Shown here: positions 25,056-37,016 of the stretch, in pieces
Layout of the letters: each line of letters begins with the position of its first letter
How positions within the stretch are numbered: position 1 is the first letter of the stretch
DNA from: Dimorphilus gyrociliatus
Lineage: Eukaryota; Animalia; Annelida
Length of the DNA stretch: 64,000 bases
Assembly (NCBI GenBank): GCA_904063045.1
Contig: CAJFCJ010000001.1
Coordinates: 2,046,001-2,110,000, forward strand
Reading direction: 5' to 3'
The notes under the pieces: model-generated
What the model saw: the letters and a program-made list of their open reading frames with translations, nothing else
Database searches by the model: none
Told to the model about the DNA's origin: nothing
Program-made: the position numbers and the translations under genes

Positions 25056-25837
25056 TTATTTTAATGAAAGTATTTACAAAGGTAACATATTTAACTAAAT
25101 GTGAGGTATTTTCCTTTTTTTTTTAGAGTTATAAAAAATCTTCATTGGATCGTGGACTGACGAAATATTGAAGAAATATAAACCACCTCTAAGCAGGAAG
25201 AAAAAAGTTCATCTTTTCTTTCTTCCCACAAACTTTGTGCCATGCTAATTTTGTAATACGGTTCTTTTTCCCTTTTTGTTCTTTTGTCTTCAACACTTGC
25301 AATGTAAACAATTATATTTTATCTTCTTTTTTTCTATTGTATCTTATCATCGTTAATCCAAGGATCTTTTTTATCTATTCTTTATTTTATACATGTGATA
25401 AACTATGTTGTATATACAGAATATGCATAGATTTAAAACTTATATAGTAATACACTAGTAATCTTTAATAGATAGCAAGCTTACTTTGCAAATCATTCAT
25501 TATGTATTTTGTATAGAACATCATAAAATCTTAGACATATGCCCATTTTGGGCTGGAAACAGGATAATGACATAATTTAATTATTCATGTACACATAAAA
25601 ATTAATCTATAGTTATTTTTAAACAAACTTAATGTAGTTCAATTGATATTTATACATTTTATCCTTGTTCCGAACCAACTAGAGTTCGAACCTAATTCTT
25701 GCCATTGACAATCACGTAAGAGATAACTTATCTCGTCTATTTAATAGGTACCATAGCAGCTTTCGACGATATATAATACTGTAAGCCTATCGGATATAGT
25801 TCAAAGTTCCAAGTACTGTTAAAAAGACTTCTAGATC

Positions 25838-27108
25838 ATGTCAACTGAGGAGTTGAAAAGAATCGCTTGCAAGGCAATTGATGATAATGCAGCTAAATTA
25901 AACGGTGTTAGTCAAGAAATATGGTCTAAACCAGAGTTAGCTTTTGAAGAGGTTGAAGCTCATAAGTTACTGACTGAATTTTTGACTGATCAAGGTTTCG
26001 AAAATGTCGAAAAATCTTTTTTAATGAAAACTGGTTTTAGAGCACGAGCCGGCAATCCTGATCATCAAAGACATGTTGCAATATTATGCGAATATGATGC
26101 TTTACCTGAAATTGGCCATGCATGTGGTCATAATTTAATTGCCGAAGCTGGAGTGGGAGCTGCTATTGGCGTTCTAGCCGCTATTAAAGCTGGAGCAAGA
26201 GGCCGTGTAAGAGTAGTTTCAATTCATTTTACTTTTAACGGTTTTAAATGGTGAAATAATTAATTCTATAATATTTGTATACATAGGTGTCAGTATTTGG
26301 GACTCCAGCTGAAGAAGGCGGCGGTGGTAAATTACCTTTTATTGAAAAGGGTCTATTCAACGACGTCGATGCTGCTATGATGGTACATCCGTGCTTCTTC
26401 GATTCATTCAAGCACGAATTTTTATCTATTAAAAGAATACAGGCGACATTCCATGGAAAAGCTTCGCATGCCGCAGCCTCACCATGGGAAGGTATCAATG
26501 CCCTGGACGCTGCTGTAACGGCTTACACGTCAATTTCTGCTCTAAGACAACAAATGCATCCAAAGTGGAAAGTTCATGGTATTATAAGCGATGGCGGAGT
26601 TAAGCCCAACATTATACCAGAGAGGAGTCAAATTGAATATTATCTTCGAACCCCAACTGAAGTAGAAATGAAAACTTTAGAGATGAAAATACGAAACTGT
26701 ATAGAAGGAGCCGCCCTTACTGCTAATTGTACAGTGGAAATAAAGCAGCTACAGCCATCGTACAAGAATATGGTTTTTAATGATGTTCTAGTTAACCTAT
26801 TCAGCGAAAATGCTAAGGAACTTGGCTTAATTGGAGAAGAATTCGATCCCAGTAAACCTACAGGTTCAACCGACATGGGAAATGTATCACACGTCGTTCC
26901 GAGTATTCATCCCATGTACGCTATACCTACGAAAGCTTTCAATCATACAAGAGAATTTACAGATGATGCTGGAAAAGAATATTCTCAGGCACCGACAATC
27001 CTCCAAGCTAAAGCTATGGCAATGACCGCCATTGACCTGTTTGAAAATCCCAAATTGCTACCAACGATTCGTGAAGATTTTGAAAAGTACAAGACTTTAT
27101 CATCTTAA
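25838..27108 (+). CDS. PM20D2: Peptidase M20 domain-containing protein 2
   Basis: PELAFEE, CEYDALP, HACGHNLIAE, GTPAEEGGGGK, HAAASPWEGINALDA and GSTDMGNVS; intron 26207-26286. Confidence 0.93.
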
Positions 27109-27749
27109 TAATGCTTGTCTTTTTTTTTCTCTTTTAATTTCATTATAAAACACAGATTACTTATATAAAAAATAAAAGAGAATATAAAAAAGAAATGTTT
27201 TATTTTCTCTACGTAGTTTTTTTTTTGTTCTGATGTTTCGATAAAGCATATAACCTAAAAAACACAAAAAGAACAATATTTAACTACTTGTGAGGAGGGG
27301 TAGGTCAAGGTCGGATAGATTGAATACAAACTTGAAGGTCGTTTCATGTCTTTTTTTTGCATTTATCTCTTATTCTACTAAACTTTATATTACGTAATCA
27401 AGTGGACAGAGCTAATAGTAATACGCAATACAATTGATCTTGGTCTATAACTAGTAACAAATTACACATTGTACCTTCAAATAGAATCTAAACAACTAAA
27501 ACTGGGAAACAATTGTTATTTGAGGGAAGGAAGATGCCGTAGGATTGGGATGGAAGGGCAAAAAGTAAAAAACTGGGGGCGGCAGTTTAAATTTGTTATG
27601 TTTTCTTTATTATTATTCAACGTCATCAATAATATTGCGCACGATATTCACTATAGACCTAATTAAAGGAATCTGGTTCTCAGCTTAAGCGTAAATACTA
27701 AACAGCGGTAGCTTTATTTTCGCCCACCTTTCCCAAAAGTTTACATGAG

Positions 27750-29322
27750 ATGAAGTTCGTATTGTTTGGTTTATTTTCTTTATCCAATTTTTTATGGATC
27801 TGTAAAACTGTATCAATACACGAAGAAAGTGAGAAAGTCTTATTAATAAGTTTTGATGGTTTTCTACACAGTTATTTACATCAAGTAAAGCAGAAACGTG
27901 GTTGGGGTTTCACCCCTAATTTTGATTATTTAATTAAAGAAGGGACATTCGTAGAGGGGGGACTATTAGGTTCTTACGCAACAGTTACTATTCCTAGTCA
28001 TTGGACAATTGCCACTGGTATGTACCAAGAAAGTCATGGAGTTGTTGGAAGGCAAATGTACGATCCGAGAATAAACGAAACGTTGACAATCACGGCAGAT
28101 TCCTCCAAATCATCATTCTGGTTCAATAACGGTACATCGGGAGGTGGCGGTGAACCTATTTGGGTAACTAATGAAAGGCAGGGTGGACTCAGTGGCGTTA
28201 TGCATTGGATTGGGCTTGACGTTGAATTACACGGTTTCTTACCAACTAGACAAGAAAAGTTCAATATAGATATGGCCACTGGCCATAAGGAAACTATTGA
28301 TAAATTAATTAATTGGCTCATAGACGAAAATCCAATTAATTTGGGATTATTGTATATTAGCCAACCAGACAAATTTGGTCATTTCTACGGACCAACATCA
28401 ATTGAAGTATTAAATGAAATTATTCGTCTTGACGATATAGTTGGATATCTAATTGAAAGACTTAAAGAAGAGGATTTGTACGATAGTATTAATTTAATAA
28501 TTACAAGCGATCACGGTATGACCGATTCAAGTAAAGAAAAACTAATAGTATTAGAGGATTACTTAGATTCAATGAAGTATGTATCTATAAACAATTCCCC
28601 TATAATTCATATAACTCCTTTAGAAGGTAGGAAGAGAAAAGGAACGATTTCAATTACTGAAACCGCCTATTAAAACAATTTTATACTTTGAAGGTGTTGA
28701 AGCGGATGAAATTATTAAGAATTTATCATCTGTCAAACATATTAAAGTTTGGAAGAAAGAAGATATTCCATCGGAATTTCATTATAAGTTCAACGAGCGT
28801 ATTATGCCTATACTTCTCACTGCTGATTTAAATTGGAACATCGTTAAAACTAGGAGGGAATACAACAAATGGTGTAAGTTTACAATTTTTTACAGAAAAA
28901 ACATTCGCTCCTCCCTTTTATTTATTTATTTTCTCTTAAAGGCCTGCATTTTCTTCTATATTTTTTACATTTCAGTTCACCTCGGCTCGCACGGATACTA
29001 CAACAACATTTCAAGCATGCATCCCATATTTATTGGGAGGGGACCAGCATTTAAGAATAATTATAAGGCAGACCAGTTCGAAAGTGTCGACATCTATCCG
29101 CTAATTTGTCAACTATTAGGTTTAACACCCTTTCCTAATAATGGCTCCTTTCAAAGGGTGGCAAATATTATTAAAGATGAACGATTAAAACGACTTGGAG
29201 TGTTTGGAAGTGTCCAATTGATAGTAGGCCAATTACGTTCATTTATCATAATTTTTATAATTTTAGTACCTTATGCGATTTATAAGATGTATAAGACTAA
29301 ACCATACTATTCAAGGTTTTAA
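27750..29322 (+). CDS. Ectonucleotide pyrophosphatase/phosphodiesterase (ENPP4/5/7-like), type I membrane
   Basis: Signal peptide, SFDGF, TVTIPSHWTIATG with the Thr nucleophile, QPDKFGH, TSDHGM, HGY and a C-terminal TM helix; introns 28627-28693 and 28874-28975. Confidence 0.9.
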
Positions 29323-29801
29323 TAGTTTTCAATTATAAGACATTAAAATGCAAGTCTATTGTATAACATATAAATACAATTACAAAGTTATAAAGAATTT
29401 TCATGCAGTAACTATTACAATTTGCTATTATCATTATTATTATAAGAATCATATCTGCAAGTTACTTTGCAAGTTATCACTATAATGACACACATATGCA
29501 TATCTTTTATGGTGCAGTATTTAAGGCACTTTTGCAGGTGTAGTGGAGAGAATAAGGAGAGAAAGATAGAAAGAGAGAGAGAGGGAGGGAGACTGAAAGA
29601 GAGAGAGGGAGAGGAATTTAGATAATTGAACTTCAGTGTTTGAAGGTTTAGAGCAGAAAATTGTTTCTCATTTAACAAAGAATCATTCTTTCTCTTTAAT
29701 AAGCCAAAATTGGGAAAAAATCTAAAAGACTCTTGCAGGCGTATATAAGTTAAAAAATTATACATATATGTAAAAATATATGTAAAAATAGACATAAAAG
29801 T

Positions 29802-32800
29802 TTAAGGTACACTAGGTAAGGGTCGATTTTGAAGAGGAAAATTCAAAATGAGGCCATTTCCGTCTTTCTTAAAACCCATTGTTCCCGTTTGACCCACAGC
29901 AACTTTAATAAATTTTTGATTTCCATTTACCATACAAGATGGTTGTTGGTCAACTCTTAAATTTAACGTCTTCTTAGTGATGTTCATAGTTGCTGTTGAA
30001 AGAACACCTATTAAATGACCAACTCTTTCTTCGTTTGTATCCAAGCAAACAACGTAGTCGTTTTGAGTGTCAGTATGAATAATGGCTAATTGATCTTCGC
30101 CCGGAGTAATAGTCATACCGGTAACACCAGAAATCTGTTGTCCGGCTTTAATAACTTTAAAAGAGTTACAATCCAGACGGTAAATAACACGCTCCGTTAT
30201 TAAGAGCACTCTTCTATTGCTCTGATTTCTATGGTTAGTTTTGTAAGCAAAGCAAGCAAAAAGAATATCTCCACAATTATCTTTCATGCGAAGTATTGAA
30301 TGGCGTTGTAAAAGGCTTCTGTTATTACCATTTTCCAAAGCAATGTAATTCTTATGCCAAGGTCTATTTAATCCCCACTCTTTTCTTCTTCTGTCTAACA
30401 AATCGTATGTTAAGCACTTCATTTTTAATTCTTCCATAGACAAGGAATCTGGTTTCTCTTTTAGTTTCATTTTGGCCCAAAACTGTTGATGGAGATTTTG
30501 TGCAATTTGCAACCATTTGGCTAAGGAAGGCGGAGCTGACGGCCATGCCGCATTTCTCATATAATTTTCATGTTTCATTGAACGCACCATTTGGAACATC
30601 TTGCAGACTTTGAGTATGTAAGAACGTAATTTATATTTTCTATATGTTCCAACAATTTTTGTGGCGGCTAACGTTCTCTTATATCGTTTACGAGCAAGAG
30701 CTGCTCTAGTAACCTATCATGAAAAACAAGTTTATAGCGAGATCTTAAATTAAATTGTTCATAAATACTTACTGTCTGGAGTAAAATGACCAGACCAGGT
30801 ATACTCTCTTGTCTTTTAGTCTCCAAAGTAAACACAGTCTGAGGTGTTTTAATAAACACTTTGGTCTTTCCTAGCTGAACGTCACTTGCAAGATTATGAC
30901 TATTTAATATTTTAATAACACCATCTCTTGGGTCTGATCTCCAGACTGGCCAAGTATCTTTGCATAGCATCTTGTATCTGCTCACAAATAGATCAATTTT
31001 CTGGCGAAATGCGAAACCAGCTCTTCTAACTCTAACATTTTCTAATAGCCCTAAGTATTCAACTTGATGTTGAACTCGTTCCTCGTTAAACTGACTTGAA
31101 CTTTTCGTTTCGTTGGGTTTAATGCAACGAACATAATAGGGTTCTTTTGATTTTAGTGTATTCACCAAATTGAACATGGACTCCTTAAACGTCGTACCAG
31201 CTGTAGGAGGTCTTTTATTTACTTCAGCAAGCTTTTGTTTCCCTTCAGGCCACATGTTTTTAACAATAGGATCTCTAGAATTATATAAAAGCCTTTTAAA
31301 ATCTTGGAAGAGCAAATCTTTATTTTTATCCATAAAGCCAACAGCTTTATAAGTTACATGGCCAGCGTAGTGTTGAATCTTGAAATCTTCGTCAGGTTGC
31401 AAACTCTTATCGGCTTTCGATAAAGCTCTTGAGGTGTAATGTTTATGAGAGGAAAGATGTTTGTTCATATTTTCTAAAAAGTGCTTGTCTTTAACGTTTC
31501 CTGCCATAAGGCAACATTCGTCCAGCAAGGCAATAATACCAGTTCTTGAAGTATCAATTAAGCTGCATATAACAGAGTTGTCAAAATAATCGACGTGGAC
31601 CCACCCAATACCTTCTGATTCATATTCAGCCTGTTCCTGTTGGAGTACTAGTTGAATGAAAAGCTGTTGCAGTTTCTCATTGCAGTAATTAATGCAAAAC
31701 TGCTCAAAGCTATTGTTGTCAAATATTTCGAAACCATAGATATCCAGCACTCCAATGACCGTGGCTTTGGAATGTAATTCTCCCCTGCCATTAGGTACTT
31801 TCATAGCCTTATTCACACCACTAACTATGAAAGTAAATAAGCGTTCATACAAGGCTTTAGCAAAAGCATCCCTTGCATAAACTGCATGATCAATGGAATG
31901 TCCTTTAGCAATAATATCTCCTCCACCTGAAACAGTTCTTGAAGTTAAGGTTTTGATTGCATCGCCTTCATCAACACTCAATAGATCAGCTAATTTTCTT
32001 ACGCCTGCCTTAGACGTGGACTTTAATTCGCATTCGTCATTATCCTTTTCCTCGTAATCAATATTCCCCAAATGAAGGACCGCAGCAACCATTCGCCAAA
32101 TGGTTTTTTTCTGTTCTTTTGAGAATCCAGTAACCCCAAGCGCGGCTTGAACTTGTTGAAAATCTGTTTTATCATCGATTGAAGCCACCTGTGAAAGATT
32201 TCAAAAAGTTGAAAAAAATAAAAAAACCATTAATACTTTATATTTAGTATTTTCTTATATGATATGAAAAAAAAAGCTAGAAAGGCGAAAAAGAGTAGTT
32301 TGTTAGTATTGTAAATATTTAATCTAATTATCTCGATAAACCAATCGATTATTCAGCACGGCAAACCACTTATGACAATGGTAGCGAAAACTGCTACTGA
32401 TTACAGGTGAAAATATTTATAAGCTTATAAAACAAAACAGAAAAGTATTTAAAAAAAAACTCTATTCGTATAGCAATTGAATTAGATTACCAATAGAGAA
32501 AGTTATAATATATATAATATAAATATAATATAGGCTTAAAAACTATTAGGCCCAAATAGAAAAAAATTCCAACAAGAATAAAAATATTTTCATACAGAGA
32601 GTTTCCCCTCCCCCCTCCCCTAATTAGTCATTATATAATATAGACTAAATTATCAATTATATCAATAGAAATTATATTGTTTAATATTTATCTATAGGCC
32701 TATTGACATATACATATATTTTCTGTAGATAGTATATAGCTAGTCAACGTGCTGATATACATATATATTGTGATACAAATATTCTGCTATCTTTTGTTAA

Positions 32801-33485
32801 GGATAGTTGTTCTTTAAATGACAATAAAAGAATATTAAAAAGAGAGAGAGGAAAAAAAATGAAAATGTTACATTCTCTTTAAAATATTCAAAACTACATT
32901 TTATCATGCTTAAACGTATTGTAAAATAAATGGTTATTAAACATGCTTTCCGTTGATTAAAACTCACATGAAGTCCATCTATATACAAGTCGGGCTGCGA
33001 TTAGATTAAAGTAACAGATATAGAAAGAGAGAATAGTTTTACTACAGACTGCTTAAGTTAAGATATCACTAATAAAAACCAAAGAAAAAGAATTATTTTT
33101 TTTAGCATTTAAACAATCAAGGAAGTTTTTTTCTTCCAGATTAAAAGATAATTATTAATATATAACACAATTTTAATATATTAAGAGTTTATATATAGTG
33201 ATGATCCGTTTTGTATGCATGTTAATAGCAAAAGTTTTGTCAAAAGATAGTGAGAAAGAGAAGAAAGGAACAAAATATAGATGTGTAATACGCATTAGCG
33301 CATTCCTTAAATATCTATTTTGTTATACTAAAATTTTAAGCAACAGCCTGTGGTTTAGCTGCTTTTTTTTTTTTTTAGATTTTAGTCATTTTTTTTTTAC
33401 CGTATATGTGGCAGAGTCATCTTCTGAAATCCAAGTTGACCTTCGAGCATTGACTATCTAGAGTCATGCAAATATTTCATATATA

Positions 33486-33541
<56 letters not shown>

Positions 33542-34806
33542 CATGTATACTGTGTTTTAAAATGAGTTTATGTGTTTTTTATACAAATATGGGTATATGA
33601 TATTTACACTATATAAATAAAAAAATAGCGTTACAATTTACGTAATCTAGTAAATGCCAAATTAGGTGTGGTTTTTTTTATCGTTGGATCATACAAAATA
33701 TTTTTAAACTACTACGCAATATTAGTCATACCTTAGTATCCCCTTGGTTCAAATAATGATAGACCTGCGGCTCTTTTGATAGGCCTAATTCGCTTAAAAT
33801 AGCCGAATCCGCTCCAAACAATAGCTGATAAAAAGAATGAAAATTACGCTCTCCCTTCTGTTGCTTGACCACACGAGATTTTTCTAATAGAAAATTATCG
33901 ATATGTCCCCCAACTGGGTCTGCTTTAAAATCAAAGTTTATATCCATATACTTTCCAAATCGTGAGGAATTGTCATTTCTATTGGTTTTAGCATTGCCAA
34001 AAGCTTCGAGTACAGCATTGGAATTTAACAAAATGTTAGTAACTCGTCGAACTTCACCCTGACCACTAACACCTGTTACTTCACTTATATATCGCATTAT
34101 AATCTTAGAAGCCTCAGTTTTACCAGCCCCACTTTCACCGGAAATAACAATACAAGTATCCCTTCCCCGTCTTTTCATAGCCTTATAAGCAGCATCAGCA
34201 ATAGCAAAAATATGTGGTGGCCTCTCATAGCTATAAAAAAGAGATTATTTCGTAAAGAAACAAAACTTTTATTATACTTTCAAACAATTGTTTGAAAGTT
34301 TCATTTCAAGTACTTACATTTCGCGGCCTTTGTACATATTAACAAAGTTTTTATCATACATTGCCACTTGTTCATAAGGGTTAACCGAAACGACCACTTC
34401 ACCGATGTAGGTGTAGACTTTTTTATTAGCATGCCTAATTTGGTAACATATGTAATTAACACATTTTTATGATTTCATACTTGATTGAACACTTTTTTTT
34501 ATTACTGTTTTGAATTTATTAAGTTTATATTTTAGTCACAAACCACAATTGATATTATAATTAAACTCTTAAATTTTGTTATCAAGGTATAATTTAATTT
34601 AATGACTCAATTTTCGTTTTCATTGAGACGAGATAACAGGGGGAAAATCAATTATTTCGGTCTTGACACAATAAAAATCACTCAATCAGAAACTGTTTGG
34701 ATACAAACCTTATCCGTAAATTATCAATGAACGACTGAACATTGATATCTTTTAATAAAATAAAATCCGAAATACCAAAATCTTCATCGAGAAAACTGCC
34801 CGCCAT
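29802..34806 (-). CDS. MYO1D: Class I myosin, MYO1D/G-like (motor, IQ motifs, TH1)
   Basis: Start ATG at 34806; [10 protein letters not shown]-loop, [34 protein letters not shown]; IQ motifs; TH1 tail. Largest intron 32189-33731. Confidence 0.9.
32968..32994 (-). other. Candidate 27-nt phase 0-0 microexon of the myosin I gene (PDLYIDGLH)
   Basis: CTAATCGCAG acceptor with a branch-like CTAAT, consensus GTGAGT donor, open and frame-preserving. Confidence 0.6.
33401..33457 (-). other. Candidate 57-nt phase 0-0 cassette exon of the myosin I gene ([19 protein letters not shown])
   Basis: CTAG acceptor, open frame and GTAAAA donor; phase matches the flanking exons. Confidence 0.5.
33489..33536. 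repeat. (TA)n microsatellite
   Basis: Perfect TA run about 30 nt upstream (minus strand) of the 57-nt candidate exon acceptor. Confidence 0.95.
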
Positions 34807-35314
34807 TTTGAACGTGAATATTTCACCTTTTACACTGTTCAACCCAGTTTTTACTCCTGAGGTAAGTTAATGAAAGTTCTTGCTGGAAAATATACGGCCG
34901 GCAAGTCGAAGGAATATCACACATATAAGTTTATAATTTATACGGATGTATTTATATTCGTGTGTCAGTAACAAAAAAGCGGCCTGCAGATCGATTAGAT
35001 AACAGGCCAAGCAAATACTGCTGCAATAAAATTTAGTTACTTTCACAATCATTTACTCTCTCATTTTTTCATTGTTTCCAAAGTTATGTCCCTATAAATC
35101 AACGACAATTGCTTTCACGATAATGATTTTCTTACAAAAAAAATATTATGTACAGAGCCATCTGGCTTTGAATGTATTTTTGTCATTCTATAAAATGTTG
35201 CTTCGAAAAAAAAATACACTGAATGCTGCTTTTTAATGGGTTTAAGGTCCAGTGAAATGATAAATATGGAAATGAAAATTCTATTTCGATTGAGCAACGT
35301 TCGTGACTCTAAAA

Positions 35315-35805
35315 TTACGAAGCTGGCTGGTACGCTCGTTTCATCACATAGGCTTCTTCGACGTAATCTTCCAATGCTCGTATTTCGTCAATTAATTGCT
35401 CGTTAGTAATAGAATCGTCTATCAAGCATTTTACGATTAATCTAGGTATCGTTCCTTGGTAAGTTTGTTCATTCACAAATTCTTTCCATTGTACACCATC
35501 AATCTCTAGTCTTCTTATTTGCAAGTTGAGGTCTTCCAGGCGTATCATAGGATCATTAGGTACAATTGAGAGGGTAATTAAGACTTTTGACGGTGGCTCC
35601 CTTGTATCGATACCTTCGTCACTTTCATTATCACTGTACGGGCATGCAACTTTCTTTAATCACAAAAAACAACATAGGAAGACATCAACGAAATTAAAGA
35701 TCTCGTTAAAAATAGATAATAGTTTTTCTAAAAATGCTGCATTTCTATGAAAAGTAACAATTTTAAAACGTACCCCGCAAAATTTTGAACTGGTAACATT
35801 GCCAT
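35315..35805 (-). CDS. Small divergent eEF1B (beta/delta) guanine-nucleotide-exchange-domain protein, about 116 aa
   Basis: SKVLITLSIVPND...IRRLEIDGVQW...IPRLIVKCLIDD...IRALEDYV aligns to the EF1_GNE domain (KSSILLDVKPWD...IQADGLVW...IKKLQIQCVVED...ITAFEDYV). Proposed exons 35805-35774 and 35633-35315 total 351 nt; the first junction is tentative. Confidence 0.75.
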
Positions 35806-35899
35806 GAGACTCCGAACGAGTATTTTCTCAGTGCGTCCGGGGCTTACCCGGATTTTCGAGATTGTTCACAAAATTTGCTTACGTAAGCACACTTGTCTG

Positions 35900-35909
35900 G
35901 TCACGTGAC
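35900..35909. promoter_or_regulatory. Palindromic E-box GTCACGTGAC (CLEAR/USF/MITF-TFE type) in a divergent promoter
   Basis: Perfect 10-bp palindrome in the 366-bp gap between the eEF1B-like and CFAP68 start codons. Confidence 0.5.
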
Positions 35910-36019
35910 TAACTTGATAAAATAATTTCCAAAAATGTAGTAAATAACATCTTTTATTAATATATAGGTTGAACCATAAGGAAAAACTGAAAATTAACTA
36001 CTAAATACGAAAATATCAT

Positions 36020-36032
36020 GTTGCTAGCCAAC
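36020..36032. promoter_or_regulatory. RFX X-box-like site upstream of CFAP68
   Basis: GTTGCTAGCCAAC (reverse GTTGGCTAGCAAC), about 140 bp upstream of a motile-cilia gene ATG. Confidence 0.5.
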
Positions 36033-36171
36033 AAGAAAATGGCGGTAAAAACAAGTTCATAGGCATACAGAATCCACTAAGATATTTTAGTCGTAGCCAA
36101 CAGCACTAGTGTTTAACAAATCGGCAAAGAATTAGAATCAATAGCAATCAGCACAGATCAAATTTATAAAA

Positions 36172-36681
36172 ATGAGTAATAACGCAAGCTGGTCAGTCGC
36201 TTATGATGGCAATAATCTTAACCAACCTGGTTGGAGCTGCACAACAAATGAAGGACTCTACAGAAAAGGGGTTTTAATTGGAAATTGGAGCGAAGAAAGA
36301 GCCGACGTAGATCATGTTAGAATACCAAAGAGACTGCCTTCGGCTTATGATCATTACTACAAAACCATCTACAAAACTACATATTCCAAAGAGCCTACAA
36401 AGGTGCCGGACACTCTTATAGGTCAGAAAAAGAGATTTCCTAATGCTTACCCACACCACCAACCAGAACTTGATACACCTGAGCTGCAGTTTCGGGCTAA
36501 CACTTGGGAAACGACTCAAAGGGCTGATTACTTACATCCGGACTTAAAAAGAACGATATTGATCCCGAGCAATTCGCTAGTCGTTACAAAGACGGAAACA
36601 CCACAACCAACTGCCCAATACACACCAAAAGGATCACACTGCTGCAATCCTGCACCAACTGTTATACCTGCGACATACTAA
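36172..36681 (+). CDS. CFAP68: Cilia- and flagella-associated protein 68 (C11orf1/UPF0686), intronless
   Basis: GWSCTTNEGLY...LIGNWSEER, KRLPSAYDHYYKT and YPHHQPELD match C11orf1 (GWRCTTNE...GNWNQER, KPLPSQFGHYFET, FPGHQPELD). Confidence 0.88.
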   Translation: MSNNASWSVAYDGNNLNQPGWSCTTNEGLYRKGVLIGNWSEERADVDHVRIPKRLPSAYDHYYKTIYKTTYSKEPTKVPDTLIGQKKRFPNAYPHHQPELDTPELQFRANTWETTQRADYLHPDLKRTILIPSNSLVVTKTETPQPTAQYTPKGSHCCNPAPTVIPATY

Positions 36682-37016
36682 ACCGCTAAAATCTATCATC
36701 AGTATTGTAACTACTCAGAATTTGTGTTGTTTGTCTTTCTTCTCTCGGTTTACGTCAGTATTATCACCGAAAAGATATTATCAGCATTATGTACACATTA
36801 TGCAGTATTTCTATGAGTGTATTCAGATATTTTGCAGTGCTTTATGAAATATAATTTTTTTTGAGTGAGACAAAGCACCAGTAAGATTTTAGAAAACGCT
36901 CACAGCCAATTGATTATTAAGCAATTATTAAGATTAAGCTGCGGTTAACATCAAGAGTATACTTATTTATAATGGATTCGACTTCTGTCGGATAACAAAT
37001 AACAAATGTAACGATT

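Noticed and set aside
25127-25160. Possible relic of a TGF-beta mature domain (VIKNLHWIVD) after an acceptor at 25126
   Set aside because: Only 10 residues before a stop and no cysteines; the likeness to GWDWII is too weak. It is more likely 3' UTR.
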